Shown here: piece after piece, positions 29,486 to 42,233 of the stretch | How the letters are laid out: every line of letters starts with the position of its first letter | Numbering within the stretch: position 1 is the first letter of the stretch | Source: an uncultured Sulfolobales archaeon | GTDB taxonomy: Archaea; Thermoproteota; Thermoprotei_A; Sulfolobales; NBVN01 | DNA length: 64,000 nucleotides | Assembly: GCA_938045815.1 (NCBI GenBank) | Contig: CALIBI010000007.1 | Location: 19,864 to 83,863, forward strand | Direction of reading: 5' to 3' | The notes under the pieces: generated by a model | Told to the model about the DNA's origin: nothing | The model's database searches: none | What the model saw: only the letters and a program-made list of their open reading frames with translations | Program-made: the position numbers and the translations under genes

Positions 29486-30559
29486 TTAGAACTCGGTTGC
29501 TCCATACTCGCCCGAGAATTCATCACCTACTTCTTCAGTTTTCCAAGCTTCAGGGCATCCTTTACCGTACCTTATCACAGGACCCGCAAGTCTCGTCAGT
29601 AACGCGACTCTTGACGGCACGGAATATGACGCTACCTTATAGCTTGTCTCAGCAGCTAGCTTCTCCGCGAAGTCCAAGACTTCACTCATCGAGGGCATGT
29701 TATCCCTGCTTAATCTCCCGGTAGAGCCGCCCACATGCATGTAGGCTTTCGGTTCTATGTAGGTTGGTGAAGCTTTATCTATTAGTTTAGCGAAACCTCT
29801 GATATCCTTATCATTCATGTTAAACCCTCTGATTAACGTTATTCTTAAGACTGTAGGCGATGAGAAAGACGGCAACATCTCCAGAGTCTCCAGAGTCTTT
29901 TCCCAGCCCCTACTTACTAGAGGTCTGTCGAAGAAATTATACATTTCTTCACTCCAAGCTTCTAAAGACACGTATAGTTGAGTAGGTTCTTCCTCAAGTG
30001 ATGCTAGAACTTCAGGTCTTATTCCTCTAGTCACTAAGAACGTGGTTAGTCCCCTACCATGAAACACTTTGATTAACTCACCTAATCTAGGATACAGCGT
30101 TGGCTCACCAGTAAGCGAGATAGCTACGTGTACTGGGTTCATCGCTTCTTCCCACATCAATCTAGGAGCTACGTTTCTGTAACCACTGACTGTTCTTCGA
30201 TGTTCTTCTATAGCTAAATCAGCTATTACTTCAGGATCGTCCACACTAGGTAACCTCATCAAGTCTTCATCTCTTAACCCAAGATCTTGCGGCCTCATTC
30301 TCCAGCAGTGGAGGCACGCGTTCCAGCACCAGAGAGTAGCTGGAGTAAACTGTATACACCTATGTGATTCAATCCCGTAAAACTTACACTTATAACAAAA
30401 CCTGCCCTGAGTTAAGGCGTTATGAACCCACAAACACTTCTTAACAGCTGAGTGAGAACCTACTAGGTGGTATTTCTGTTTTTTCAATCTACTCATAACT
30501 AGGGTGAGAGGCTCTACTTTCTCAGCATCGATAGGCAGTCTTACGGTCCTCCTTATCAC
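29486..30559 (-). CDS. taw1: 4-demethylwyosine synthase (radical SAM, Taw1/TYW1)
   Basis: HSAVKKCLW, CYKCKFYGIESHRC, CWNACLHCWR, AISLTGEPTLYP and EPKAYMHVG. Confidence 0.92.
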   Translation of the reverse strand: MIRRTVRLPIDAEKVEPLTLVMSRLKKQKYHLVGSHSAVKKCLWVHNALTQGRFCYKCKFYGIESHRCIQFTPATLWCWNACLHCWRMRPQDLGLRDEDLMRLPSVDDPEVIADLAIEEHRRTVSGYRNVAPRLMWEEAMNPVHVAISLTGEPTLYPRLGELIKVFHGRGLTTFLVTRGIRPEVLASLEEEPTQLYVSLEAWSEEMYNFFDRPLVSRGWEKTLETLEMLPSFSSPTVLRITLIRGFNMNDKDIRGFAKLIDKASPTYIEPKAYMHVGGSTGRLSRDNMPSMSEVLDFAEKLAAETSYKVASYSVPSRVALLTRLAGPVIRYGKGCPEAWKTEEVGDEFSGEYGATEF

Positions 30560-30601
30560 TACTCACCAAAAACTTCGTGACTAAGTAACTAATATTTTGT
30601 T

Positions 30602-32789
<2,188 letters not shown>

Positions 32790-32934
32790 ACTAATCCCTC
32801 AAATACTTTAATCACACACAATAATAAATGTTCCGCATCACCACGTATAATAGCTCCCGTAAATTAACATGATTAAATTAATTAGTATGTACGAGAATAC
32901 GCCAGCTTTCTTAACAAAACTCAGTAAAATATTC

Positions 32935-34359
32935 CTAGAAGCTCTGCAGGATGGATCTACCAGCAATGACTCCTGTAGCCGCAGCTATGTTCAGGCCTCT
33001 TGAGAGTCCTGCTCCATCACCAGCTACGAAAACACCTTCAACGTTAGTCTGCAGGTTCTTGTCGGTCTTAACTCTTAAACTGTAGTACTTAATTTCAGGC
33101 GCGTATAGTATTGTTTGCGGTGAGTAAAGTCCTGGGTAGATGATGTTAAGTCTTTTAATAGCTTCAAGTAAGTTAATCACGACTCTATATGGGAGAACAA
33201 CCCCTATGTCTCCAGGCACTACATTCCTTAAGGTAGGTGTTACGATACTCTTCTCTATCCTTTCCCAAGTACTCCTCCTACCTTTTTCTAAGTCACCTAA
33301 CCTCTGAATTATTGGCTTACCTACACCTACTCGAGTAGCTATCCTAGCTATAGACTTACCTAACTCCGTAGCGTCAGAGTACGGATCAGTAAGTTTTAGC
33401 GTGACTAGTAAGGCGAAGTTAGTATTCCTGGATTTTAGGTTCCTATAACTAACTCCGTTAACCCCGATAGTACCGTCTTCATATCTTTCCTGCACTACGA
33501 ACCCTTGCGGGTTAGTGCAGAAAGTTCTGACTTTATCGTCGTAAAACTTCGTGTAGAGTACTATCTTGGGGTCTGGATTTATGGTTGTGACGTCTTCAGT
33601 CACGTATGACGGAACCTCCACTCTAACACCAACGTCCAGAGGTCCTGGTTCATACTCTATGTTCAGGCTCTTAAGTATTCCCTGAAACCATGTGGTTCCT
33701 CCCCTACCTGGTGCTAAGAGAATCCTGCTTGCCGTGAACTCTCCCTGACTAGTACTTAACTTGAAGCCACCATCACACCTCACTATATTAATAACGCTTG
33801 TTTCCGTGAGTATTCGTACACCCTTCTTTTCTAGGTAGGTACTTAAGTTGTCGATAACCTTAACCATGACGTCGGTTCCTACGATCCTCTGAGGTGTTGG
33901 TATGTACTTGGCGCCAGCCTTAGCAGCGAGCCTCTCAAGAAAAGTTATTTTTTCTTTGTCCGGCACGTAGAGAGTGTCTTCCGGTATGCCGAAAGACACG
34001 AATACTCTGTCAACGTACTTCACTAATTCTTCAGCATAATTCCAGTCATTAACTAGTTTGTCTAAATCTCCCCCCACGTCAGGTCTTAAGTTAAGTGTTC
34101 CACTACTTAACGCGCCAGCACCCCCTATTCCGTAGGTCACGTTGCATACTTTGCAGTTAAGACATTCTGCTTTATTGTTTGATATGTGTGAGTTCCAGTT
34201 GTTTGTTTTAATAGCTAGTGGGCATATTCTATCAGTCACCTTCTTCCCTTTATCGAAGATCACTACCCTCGAATTACTTCCTTCACTACTCACTATTTCT
34301 AGAGCAGCCATAAGTCCCGCAGGTCCTCCACCAACTATCGCTACATCGAAGTTTCTCAT
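32935..34359 (-). CDS. Uncharacterised NAD(P)/FAD-dependent oxidoreductase (COG2509-like) with N-terminal Cys cluster
   Basis: GGGPAG Rossmann motif, CP...CLNCKVC, GIGGAG, VRTFCTNP, YAPEIKYYS and AGDGAG; 4-bp overlap with purA. Confidence 0.82.
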   Translation of the reverse strand: MRNFDVAIVGGGPAGLMAALEIVSSEGSNSRVVIFDKGKKVTDRICPLAIKTNNWNSHISNNKAECLNCKVCNVTYGIGGAGALSSGTLNLRPDVGGDLDKLVNDWNYAEELVKYVDRVFVSFGIPEDTLYVPDKEKITFLERLAAKAGAKYIPTPQRIVGTDVMVKVIDNLSTYLEKKGVRILTETSVINIVRCDGGFKLSTSQGEFTASRILLAPGRGGTTWFQGILKSLNIEYEPGPLDVGVRVEVPSYVTEDVTTINPDPKIVLYTKFYDDKVRTFCTNPQGFVVQERYEDGTIGVNGVSYRNLKSRNTNFALLVTLKLTDPYSDATELGKSIARIATRVGVGKPIIQRLGDLEKGRRSTWERIEKSIVTPTLRNVVPGDIGVVLPYRVVINLLEAIKRLNIIYPGLYSPQTILYAPEIKYYSLRVKTDKNLQTNVEGVFVAGDGAGLSRGLNIAAATGVIAGRSILQSF

Positions 34360-35372
34360 GTCATAACACCTAAATCTTTCCTCCTATCTATCATGTGAGT
34401 GACGTCGTCTCCCGTACCTATGAGTGTTACCGGCGTCCTCAGCACATCCTCTAAATCCTCTACCCACCTCTTAGCTTCTGGAGGCAACTTACCCCATTCC
34501 TTGACTCTAGCTGATGTCGGAAAGATTTTATCGAGGCATGTGAGCGCTACTTGAGTAGCTGAATTAAGCATTACAGCTCTCTTAGCTAGATTGTAGTCGA
34601 AGGGAGCAGCTCTCCTTATCCTCCCAGTAACGGAAGCTTTCTCTATCCAACCTCTATTAATAACTTCATCAATAGGTAACTCACCAGGTAGGGGGCCGCC
34701 CCCAACTCTAGTAACGTAAGCCTTGAAAACTATAATTACTTCATCTACGTACTTAGGTCCTAAACCAACCTCTGATAAAATGCCTGAGGCAGTAGTGTCT
34801 TTGCTGGTTACGTATGGGTACGTGCCGTGATATAGTGATAAGTAAGTACCTTGAGTCCCCTCAATCAGTATATTACCTCCTGAACTAGTGATTCTCCACA
34901 CCTCATCAACCAAGTCTACTAGGTATGTCCTTAATTCAGGGAAATCTTGAGCAAGTTTTAGCCTACGCATCACTCTATCAACCATAGCTGCCCCAACACC
35001 CTGAAGAGTAGAGCCTATAGAATTCCTAAGATACTCATCCCTCGCTTCAATCTCCACATGCTTATCTTCTATGATTCCAGCATTCTTGTCAACGAAAACC
35101 CTCCCAGCAACACCTAAAGTAGAAATCTCCCTGAAGAACACGTCAAGCCTGACTAAAGACCCTGCAGCTATATAAAGCCTACAACTACCGTTAACAAAAG
35201 CTGAAGGAATTATCCTTAACTTAAACTCCCTACCACCCCAAAATACCGTGTGACCCGCATTAACAGAACCTACTCTCACAGCCGCGCTCACTTCATCGTT
35301 AAGAGCTAGGTAAGCAACTACCTTGCCCTTACCTTCATCACCGAAGAACCCTCCAACAACCACACTTAACAT
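34356..35372 (-). CDS. purA: Adenylosuccinate synthetase (short archaeal type)
   Basis: GDEGKGK, NAGHT, EGTQG, YPYVTS, TRVGGGP and TGRIRR. Confidence 0.95.
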   Translation of the reverse strand: MLSVVVGGFFGDEGKGKVVAYLALNDEVSAAVRVGSVNAGHTVFWGGREFKLRIIPSAFVNGSCRLYIAAGSLVRLDVFFREISTLGVAGRVFVDKNAGIIEDKHVEIEARDEYLRNSIGSTLQGVGAAMVDRVMRRLKLAQDFPELRTYLVDLVDEVWRITSSGGNILIEGTQGTYLSLYHGTYPYVTSKDTTASGILSEVGLGPKYVDEVIIVFKAYVTRVGGGPLPGELPIDEVINRGWIEKASVTGRIRRAAPFDYNLAKRAVMLNSATQVALTCLDKIFPTSARVKEWGKLPPEAKRWVEDLEDVLRTPVTLIGTGDDVTHMIDRRKDLGVMT

Positions 35373-35542
35373 ATTATCCCTATACTAATTTATATCAAAC
35401 AATATAAATATTATCACTAATCACACTGAAGCAACTTAAAAGATTTTTAATAAATAATATAAAAACGAGACTGTCGTAAAGAAAAGAATTCTCACTGCTA
35501 AGTTAAAAACCCATACCATACTAAAGTCTAGGATAGACAATA

Positions 35543-37279
35543 ATGAGTGTCGAGCGAATAACCAGAAGATACTACAAGCGTTTGAGTCTACTGCCTCGGA
35601 GGAGATTTCTAGTAGTCATATATGTATTCCTGGTTTCTCTAATCGGTATCATTAATTCGGAAAGCCTCACCGTAAGAGACATACTTGCTTCTATAGGTAC
35701 TTATTTTCTTTTAGGGGTTGTACTGACTCTTATGTACCTACCTCTAATGCTCACCAAATTATTCAATACTAAGAGGGTTCTCGGACTTTCTCTAGTCACC
35801 TTCGCTGTGTCTTTCATCGCAGAACTAATTTTCTATAGGCTTACCGGGCTGAGAGGGTTAGGTCTGGTAGTCACTTCAGGTTTCGTACTCGTAGTTTTAT
35901 CTGCTTTCACTACGGTACTTCTGGCTCTGGCAATCTCTCTCACAATACCGATCCTGACACTTGTTTTGTTTAATACTGTTCTACTCGGACACACGCTAAG
36001 TCACGCTCAATTAATTAGTGCTTTAGCAATCTCACTGATTTCTGTAGTTTTAGGGTTTCTGCTTATTCGTTACGTTGACAGTATGGGTAGGCAGCTAAGC
36101 GGTGTCTCACCTATAGTAGCCTTGAGAGCATTCCTTAACACGTGGTTTACTGGCGAATCTGAAAGTCTTGAAACACTCTTTACTCACATAGGGTCTCAAG
36201 AAAGTATAGAAGTCAAGACCATAATCATTAAACGTGAGTCAAGACCCGGTATAATATTGGTGTTCCCGCGAATTCATTTCGGACCATTCAACAACATAGG
36301 TTCTTCTAGCTTCATACACTACGTTGATAACTTCTCAAAACCTGAGTTCAGAACATTCACTTTCCATACGGCAGGATCACACGAACACAATCTAGTCAGC
36401 AGTAAAGACGCTGAGAGAATCGCTTACGAGATACTTACTAAGGTAAGAAGTTCTTTAGATTCTTCATTTGAGGAACGCTTGTGCGAGCCCTACAGGATTA
36501 GGTTAAGTAATGGTTGGGAAGCTCTCACTCTACAGGGTAAGGACTTCATAGCTCCACTCATACTAAACAAGCAGCTAGGTAACGACGACATACCGTACGA
36601 CGCGTGGGACTACTTAAGCAAGCACCCTAAAACCCCACCAAACACTATGATAGTTGACGCGCACTCCTGCAAAGGAGACAAAATCAGGGAACTCAATAGA
36701 CTTAAAGACTTGCTAGATAAGGTGGCTGAAGCTTACGAGTGCCTAGAACCTAGCGAGTTTTTAGTAGGTTATGGAGAAGATAGGGTTCCTAATGCTTGCG
36801 TAGAATTATGCGATACAACGATAAAAACGTTGATTATACGAGTAAGGAATAAGAAATATGGAATTATTTATCTCTACGGAAACAACGTTGATAAGGAGTT
36901 TCGAGCTAAGCTAGACAACATAATTAAAGAAAAAGCAGGTCTAACAGATTTTGAGATAGTAACACCGGATGATCATTCGTGTGCTGCCTCATTAAAAGAA
37001 TCTCCTTACGAGGTAGTTAAGGAGTGCAACGGGCTTACTGAAGCAATACTTCACTCACTTAATGAGGCTTTAAGGGATGAAGCACCTGCTTCCTACAAGG
37101 TAGTAAATCTCAAACTAGATAATGTGAGAGTAGTGGGAGATAAGGTTTTCACTTTAATCGAGAGTCTCCACGTGCTTGCTAAAAAAACAGAAGTAGGTCT
37201 GCTTCTAATCTTTACAGTTATCAACACTTTGCTGCCTTTAATATACGTAATCTTATCATCATATTCTGTTCTATTTTAA
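35543..37279 (+). CDS. DUF2070-family membrane protein
   Basis: N-terminal TM bundle, then HFGPFNNIGSS, H..SHE, VDAHSC and TPDDH motifs, plus a C-terminal TM. Confidence 0.75.
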   Translation: MSVERITRRYYKRLSLLPRRRFLVVIYVFLVSLIGIINSESLTVRDILASIGTYFLLGVVLTLMYLPLMLTKLFNTKRVLGLSLVTFAVSFIAELIFYRLTGLRGLGLVVTSGFVLVVLSAFTTVLLALAISLTIPILTLVLFNTVLLGHTLSHAQLISALAISLISVVLGFLLIRYVDSMGRQLSGVSPIVALRAFLNTWFTGESESLETLFTHIGSQESIEVKTIIIKRESRPGIILVFPRIHFGPFNNIGSSSFIHYVDNFSKPEFRTFTFHTAGSHEHNLVSSKDAERIAYEILTKVRSSLDSSFEERLCEPYRIRLSNGWEALTLQGKDFIAPLILNKQLGNDDIPYDAWDYLSKHPKTPPNTMIVDAHSCKGDKIRELNRLKDLLDKVAEAYECLEPSEFLVGYGEDRVPNACVELCDTTIKTLIIRVRNKKYGIIYLYGNNVDKEFRAKLDNIIKEKAGLTDFEIVTPDDHSCAASLKESPYEVVKECNGLTEAILHSLNEALRDEAPASYKVVNLKLDNVRVVGDKVFTLIESLHVLAKKTEVGLLLIFTVINTLLPLIYVILSSYSVLF

Positions 37280-37296
37280 GAGAATCGTGACGTACT

Positions 37297-38049
37297 TTAA
37301 TCAGTTTCTAAAGTAATGATTTCTCTCCTTCTAACCATTTTATCCGGATATATTACTATTCCTCTGTCCGATATCTCGAAAGGATGTCTTCTCATATCAT
37401 GCTTAGTTCCTCGCATCTTCCATATCAGTATTGACCTGGTTAAAACACCATCTAACTCATCAAGATCTAGTCTTATTATTCCGTCAACCGCGTGCTCAAC
37501 TCCCGGACCTCCGAACCCTCTATCCGTGACACTCACCTGAGATACTAGGAAAGTTGTTACGCCAAGTCCTGACAGAACTCTCTTCAGCTGGATTAACACG
37601 CTCCTAGCTATAGAAGGCTTAGTTAGGTATAGCGTTGAGACAGAATCTACTGCTGCTCTCTGAGCTTTCGTATCCTTCAAAGCCTGCCTAACTACGTCCA
37701 GAAACTCACCCAGATCATCAACACTCTTAACCACGTATTTCTCTCTCTTAGCAGCCTCACCTATCCCGCCAGTAAAAGCGTCTACTATAGCGAAAAGCCC
37801 TTCATCCTCATACTTCCTCACGTCCCAGCCAAACTCACTCATTTCTCTCCTGACCTGAACAGGATGTTCCTCCAAGGTCACTAGAACTCCGGGCTCGCCG
37901 TAAGTTAGTCCGGAATAAAGGAATTGATGACTCATGATGGTCTTCCCAGTTCCTGGACCTCCCGAAATCAAAACTATGTTTCTTTTCGGGATCCCCCCAA
38001 AGAGCAACTCATCTAGACCTGGAATACCACTCTTTATCTTCTCAACCAT
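37297..38049 (-). CDS. Single-domain KaiC-like ATPase
   Basis: [15 protein letters not shown] Walker [22 protein letters not shown] and KMRGT. Confidence 0.9.
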   Translation of the reverse strand: MVEKIKSGIPGLDELLFGGIPKRNIVLISGGPGTGKTIMSHQFLYSGLTYGEPGVLVTLEEHPVQVRREMSEFGWDVRKYEDEGLFAIVDAFTGGIGEAAKREKYVVKSVDDLGEFLDVVRQALKDTKAQRAAVDSVSTLYLTKPSIARSVLIQLKRVLSGLGVTTFLVSQVSVTDRGFGGPGVEHAVDGIIRLDLDELDGVLTRSILIWKMRGTKHDMRRHPFEISDRGIVIYPDKMVRRREIITLETD

Positions 38050-38132
38050 ATTTATTCCCTGATATAAGTGGTGCTGAATATTTATTTGTTACTTAGAAAC
38101 TGCTGTGTGAGTGGTGGGAAATCAGGATAATT

Positions 38133-39512
38133 TTACTTTATTACCGGCTTCGCCCATTTCCCGAACTTTATCCATGCAACACTTCCCAGCCCGCCTACCG
38201 CGTTGCTTAAGGCCATGGCTAGCCACACCCCGTAAGACTGTAGACCGATCATGTAAGCGAGAAAGTAACCCAAACCTATTCTAAACCCCCACAACCTGAT
38301 TGCGCCCAGGATTGTAGGTATAGTTGTGTGGCCTGACCCTCTCCCTACAGACATACCTACGAAGAACATCGTAAAGAACGGTAAGCTAAAAACGAAAGTC
38401 TCAAGAAATACTAAAGCTTCATTAAAGATCGCTGCATCAGACGTGAATAGGGAGATTAGCTGAGTTCTCACCAGGAAAACTAATAATGCGCCGAGAGCTG
38501 TAAGTGAAGCTATCGTCAGTAGTGATTTGTAAGCTACCTCACGAGACCTCCTAATATTGCCAGCACCTAGGTTCTGCCCAACCATTATAGCTACCGGCAT
38601 GGTCAGTCCCCATATGATAGCGTCAGCAAGATCCATTACTATAAACCCTATAGCGAAAGCAGCTGCTACTATCACGCCAAACGAGTTTATGAGAGCATTC
38701 TGTAGCATGAAAGCCAAGCTATTAGAAGAGTAAAACACAAACACAGGACCCCCTATACGAATATTTCTTAACACCCACAATTTATTAATATTCTTTGTAG
38801 GAAGTATTCTCAACTCAGGAAACTTACGCTTAGTTAAGTAAATTAGCGCAACCACACCACTAAGTCTTGATATCACTGTAGCGAGAGCAGCGCCAGCCGC
38901 TCCCATCCTAGGGAAGGGAGGTATACCGAGTATTAGGAAGGGGTCCCAAATAATATTTAGAAGAGCTGAGAAACCTTCTACTACTGCTGGGGTTCTAGTA
39001 TCTCCCACAGACTGAAGTATTGTTGAGTAAGTTATTGTGAGACCTGAAAGCATCAAATCAACTGATATTATACCTGAGTAACTCATCACATCATCAAATA
39101 TTTCTGGTGGGGTCCTAATAACGTAGTAAAACAGTAGATGCCTCAGCGAGAAGTATGTTAAGCCGAAAGCAAAACTAGTTGTTAAAGCTACGGTAAAAAA
39201 CTTAGAGGCGACATTGCTAGCTTCCTCATACCTTCTAGCACCCACGTACTGAGAGAGGAGTGCCATGTTGGCGGTTGAGATAGCCATGTTGAAAGCGTTA
39301 AAAAGCATGTAGGGGGGCCATGCCTGCCTAGGCACTGCCATAGCAACATCACTATACCTGCTTAACCAGAACGCGTCAGCTACGTTGTAAGACACATTCA
39401 CTAACTGAACTAGCATGAGAGGGAATCCTAACCACAGTAAAGTCTTAATTATGGGTCCCTTAACTATCTCGTTCCTATACCTGTCTACGGCCGTCACCGT
39501 AGAGCGAACCAA
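38133..39512 (-). CDS. MATE-family efflux transporter
   Basis: About 12 TMs, YNVADAFW, GDTRTP, MGAAGAALAT and GQNLGAG. Confidence 0.9.
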   Translation of the reverse strand: MVRSTVTAVDRYRNEIVKGPIIKTLLWLGFPLMLVQLVNVSYNVADAFWLSRYSDVAMAVPRQAWPPYMLFNAFNMAISTANMALLSQYVGARRYEEASNVASKFFTVALTTSFAFGLTYFSLRHLLFYYVIRTPPEIFDDVMSYSGIISVDLMLSGLTITYSTILQSVGDTRTPAVVEGFSALLNIIWDPFLILGIPPFPRMGAAGAALATVISRLSGVVALIYLTKRKFPELRILPTKNINKLWVLRNIRIGGPVFVFYSSNSLAFMLQNALINSFGVIVAAAFAIGFIVMDLADAIIWGLTMPVAIMVGQNLGAGNIRRSREVAYKSLLTIASLTALGALLVFLVRTQLISLFTSDAAIFNEALVFLETFVFSLPFFTMFFVGMSVGRGSGHTTIPTILGAIRLWGFRIGLGYFLAYMIGLQSYGVWLAMALSNAVGGLGSVAWIKFGKWAKPVIK

Positions 39513-39538
39513 TCACGACACCCGTTATTCGCGATACT

Positions 39539-39574
39539 ACTATATTCTTTAGAAATATAGTTATAAGCTTATAA
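39539..39574. promoter_or_regulatory. Candidate PadR operator plus palindromic TATA element
   Basis: ACTATATT-N7-AATATAGT inverted repeat (39539-39561) abutting the perfect palindrome TTATAAGCTTATAA (39561-39574), between divergent MATE and PadR genes. Confidence 0.55.
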
Positions 39575-39648
39575 GCAAGAACTGTTGAGGATATCTTACC
39601 ACATAAATACTTAAGCTTCAGAATTATTTAATGTAGAGAGGTGCTAGT

Positions 39649-40062
39649 GTGCGTAGGAGGAGAACACAAGTACTTAGGCATCTGATTCTAGCAGTCTTAG
39701 CTACTAACCCAAAACTTCATGGTTACGGTATCTACAAGAGGATAGTATATGTCACGCAGTCTGTGTGGAAGCCCTCGATCGGGACTCTCTACAGAACACT
39801 GAATGAAATGGTTAATGAAGGTCTCGTTAGAAGAGAGAGTAGCGATTATAGGAGATTAGAGTACGAAATAACTAGTACAGGTCTTGAGATCTTTGTTAAG
39901 GAAACACTACCCCACGCTACAAAAGCCGCAGGAATACTAACAGAGTTTCTGGAAGCTTACAGAGAAATACGTAAGAGAGGTAATCTTCCTGAACTACCTG
40001 GCGAGTTAGTAGAGAAGTTACACCGCCTACGTAAAGCGTTAGAAGAATTAGCGAGTAGCTAG
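39649..40062 (+). CDS. PadR-family transcriptional regulator
   Basis: LILAVL...HGYGI...WKPSIGTLYRTL..M..EGLV...YEITSTG. Confidence 0.88.
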   Translation: MRRRRTQVLRHLILAVLATNPKLHGYGIYKRIVYVTQSVWKPSIGTLYRTLNEMVNEGLVRRESSDYRRLEYEITSTGLEIFVKETLPHATKAAGILTEFLEAYREIRKRGNLPELPGELVEKLHRLRKALEELASS

Positions 40063-40099
40063 TCATTAAAAATAAAAATTAAGGTTAAGGATTTAGAAA

Positions 40100-41071
40100 T
40101 TAAAGCTCTAGCTCAATACCTATACCCTTACTTTTGGCGAGTCTATAAGCTAGTGCTGCAGCAGCTGCGTCCTGTATAGCTAGACCTACACTCTTAAATA
40201 ATGTTAACTCGTCACTTTCCCTACCTTTCCTGTATCCGGCGGAAACCTCCCCCAGCTCGGCTATGTCTTCCTGCTTAATTAAGCCTTTCTCAAGCGGTAT
40301 TCTTATGTCACCCGTCTCATCAAGCACTGCTTTTCTAGAATCAACTACTATTTTGCTAAACCTAGTTATTGCCTCATTATCTAGGGCTCTATAGTCTTTA
40401 GCGTGAGCACCTATGCTTATTACGTGCTGATCCCTACTCAACCACTTACCCAGAATCACGGGTTCCTTAGTAGTTGATGCTTCTATCACTATCTTAGACT
40501 TCTTAACTAGGTCTTCGCTTGACGCAGCCTCAATAACTCTGAAGCCCGCATTTTCCGCCCAAGCTCTGAACGTTTTCATTTGATCAGACCTTACATCGTA
40601 TATTACGACCTCATCAGACCTATACACGGAGGATACAAACCTTAACTGATACCTTGCTTGATAGCCAGTCCCTATAATGCCTATAGGACCTATGTCTTTG
40701 GGAGCTAAGTACTTAGCTGACACAGCGCTAGCAGCACCTGTCCTCAAAGCTGTTAGAACACCACCCTCCATAACCGCGAGAGGAGACCCGTTCAATCCAT
40801 CAAACAATGTTACCAAAGCTTGAATAGTCGGGAGACCTCTGCTAGGATTCTGAGGTATTAAGCTAACTACCTTCACACCAACCCCACAATCAGGTACGTA
40901 AGACTGCATAACACCCCACCAATTACCCTCAACCCACATAACGGTTCTCGGCGGTGTTACGGTCTCGTTCCTAGAATACTTTATGAACGCGTTCTCGATC
41001 TCAGGTATTAAGACTTCAGGTTTCAATAACTCTTCTAATTCCTTACTACCGAGGATAAGAATCTTGGGCAT
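40100..41071 (-). CDS. Ornithine cyclodeaminase/mu-crystallin family (alanine dehydrogenase or imine reductase-like)
   Basis: GVKVVS..P.N, LTALRTGAAS, GTGYQA and FKSVGLAIQD. Confidence 0.88.
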   Translation of the reverse strand: MPKILILGSKELEELLKPEVLIPEIENAFIKYSRNETVTPPRTVMWVEGNWWGVMQSYVPDCGVGVKVVSLIPQNPSRGLPTIQALVTLFDGLNGSPLAVMEGGVLTALRTGAASAVSAKYLAPKDIGPIGIIGTGYQARYQLRFVSSVYRSDEVVIYDVRSDQMKTFRAWAENAGFRVIEAASSEDLVKKSKIVIEASTTKEPVILGKWLSRDQHVISIGAHAKDYRALDNEAITRFSKIVVDSRKAVLDETGDIRIPLEKGLIKQEDIAELGEVSAGYRKGRESDELTLFKSVGLAIQDAAAAALAYRLAKSKGIGIELEL

Positions 41072-41154
41072 TCTGTTAAATCCCTTTAAATTAACTTACT
41101 AGAATTATTTAAGCACAAACTAACAACTTTCCTGCAGCTCTACACTAACTAATG

Positions 41155-42207
41155 CTAGTAGTGCAGTATATTCAGTAACTTCCTAGGATTGGTTGGGTAA
41201 GCTTCTATTACCTTAATTAGAATGCCTGCATGGATTACGTTCTTTAATTTCCTGGATAGTTTTATGCTCGAATATATTACTTCACCTCTCTTTAAGGCGA
41301 GACCAGATAACACTAAATAATTGATTAGCTGGTCATCCTTGTAGGGTGCTTCAACCCATTTTACTACGCCTTCTCTACCCAGAGTCTCGTAAGGTAGTCT
41401 TGTTCTCTTAAATCTCTTTATGAGTCTCCTCCTATACTGGTATTTATCCTTGAATCTTGCTGGGCAGTAATGAATATTTACTGCGAGACCCTCTTCTAAC
41501 ACCCAGTGCATCGCCTGCAAGGCTGCTTCTCTCGAACCATGAACTGTGAGCCCGTCAGGATTCACTTTAAACCCTTTACTCAAGATTCCCGCATAATTAG
41601 ATTCACTAACCTCCATCTCGTTTAAGTTTATGAAACGAACACCAAGCCTGTACCCCTCCTCAATAAGGTCTCTTAATTTGCTGAAGTCCGGTATCGCCGG
41701 GTTCTCTATGCCTACATCAAAACTGTAATCTAACGCATACTTTAAAGCAATCCATGAGTGAGGTCCCGTCACGTGTATTCTCAGTTCATCAAGTCCTGCG
41801 TCACTCAACCTATCCAGGTGTTCTGTCCTGAGATTTCTCCCAGTAGTATACATGTGTGCGTGGAAATTCTTTCCTAAGATCTCCTTCAGAGTTCTTAGAA
41901 CCTCGATTACTTTATCTATAACGAGGAGAGGATCACCACCAGTTATGCCGACGCCTCTAGATCCAGAAGCCAGTACTTCTAAAACAATATCGTTCTTCTC
42001 ACTCACGGGAACCTCGTTAATATATGCGTTAGTCCTACCTCTCCTATAGCTCGATATAGGGCAATAGAAGCACTTCTCGTTACATACTCCGGTCACGAAA
42101 AATACGCTTTTTAAACCTTTAATACACAGATCACACCCTCTTGAGAGCTTGCCTATCCAGCAACCTAAGTCGTCACATTTACTTGTTTCCAGCACGTAAC
42201 TCATCAA
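41155..42207 (-). CDS. Uncharacterised radical SAM protein
   Basis: GCDLC..G.KSVFFVTG, CNEKCFYC, ITGGDPL and GLDELRIH. Confidence 0.85.
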   Translation of the reverse strand: MMSYVLETSKCDDLGCWIGKLSRGCDLCIKGLKSVFFVTGVCNEKCFYCPISSYRRGRTNAYINEVPVSEKNDIVLEVLASGSRGVGITGGDPLLVIDKVIEVLRTLKEILGKNFHAHMYTTGRNLRTEHLDRLSDAGLDELRIHVTGPHSWIALKYALDYSFDVGIENPAIPDFSKLRDLIEEGYRLGVRFINLNEMEVSESNYAGILSKGFKVNPDGLTVHGSREAALQAMHWVLEEGLAVNIHYCPARFKDKYQYRRRLIKRFKRTRLPYETLGREGVVKWVEAPYKDDQLINYLVLSGLALKRGEVIYSSIKLSRKLKNVIHAGILIKVIEAYPTNPRKLLNILHY

Positions 42208-42233
42208 CTAGACCCTACAGCACGGGTTCTCCT

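Noticed and set aside
37297..38049. Circadian clock KaiC
   Set aside because: It is a single-domain archaeal KaiC-like ATPase with no KaiA/KaiB, a common family.
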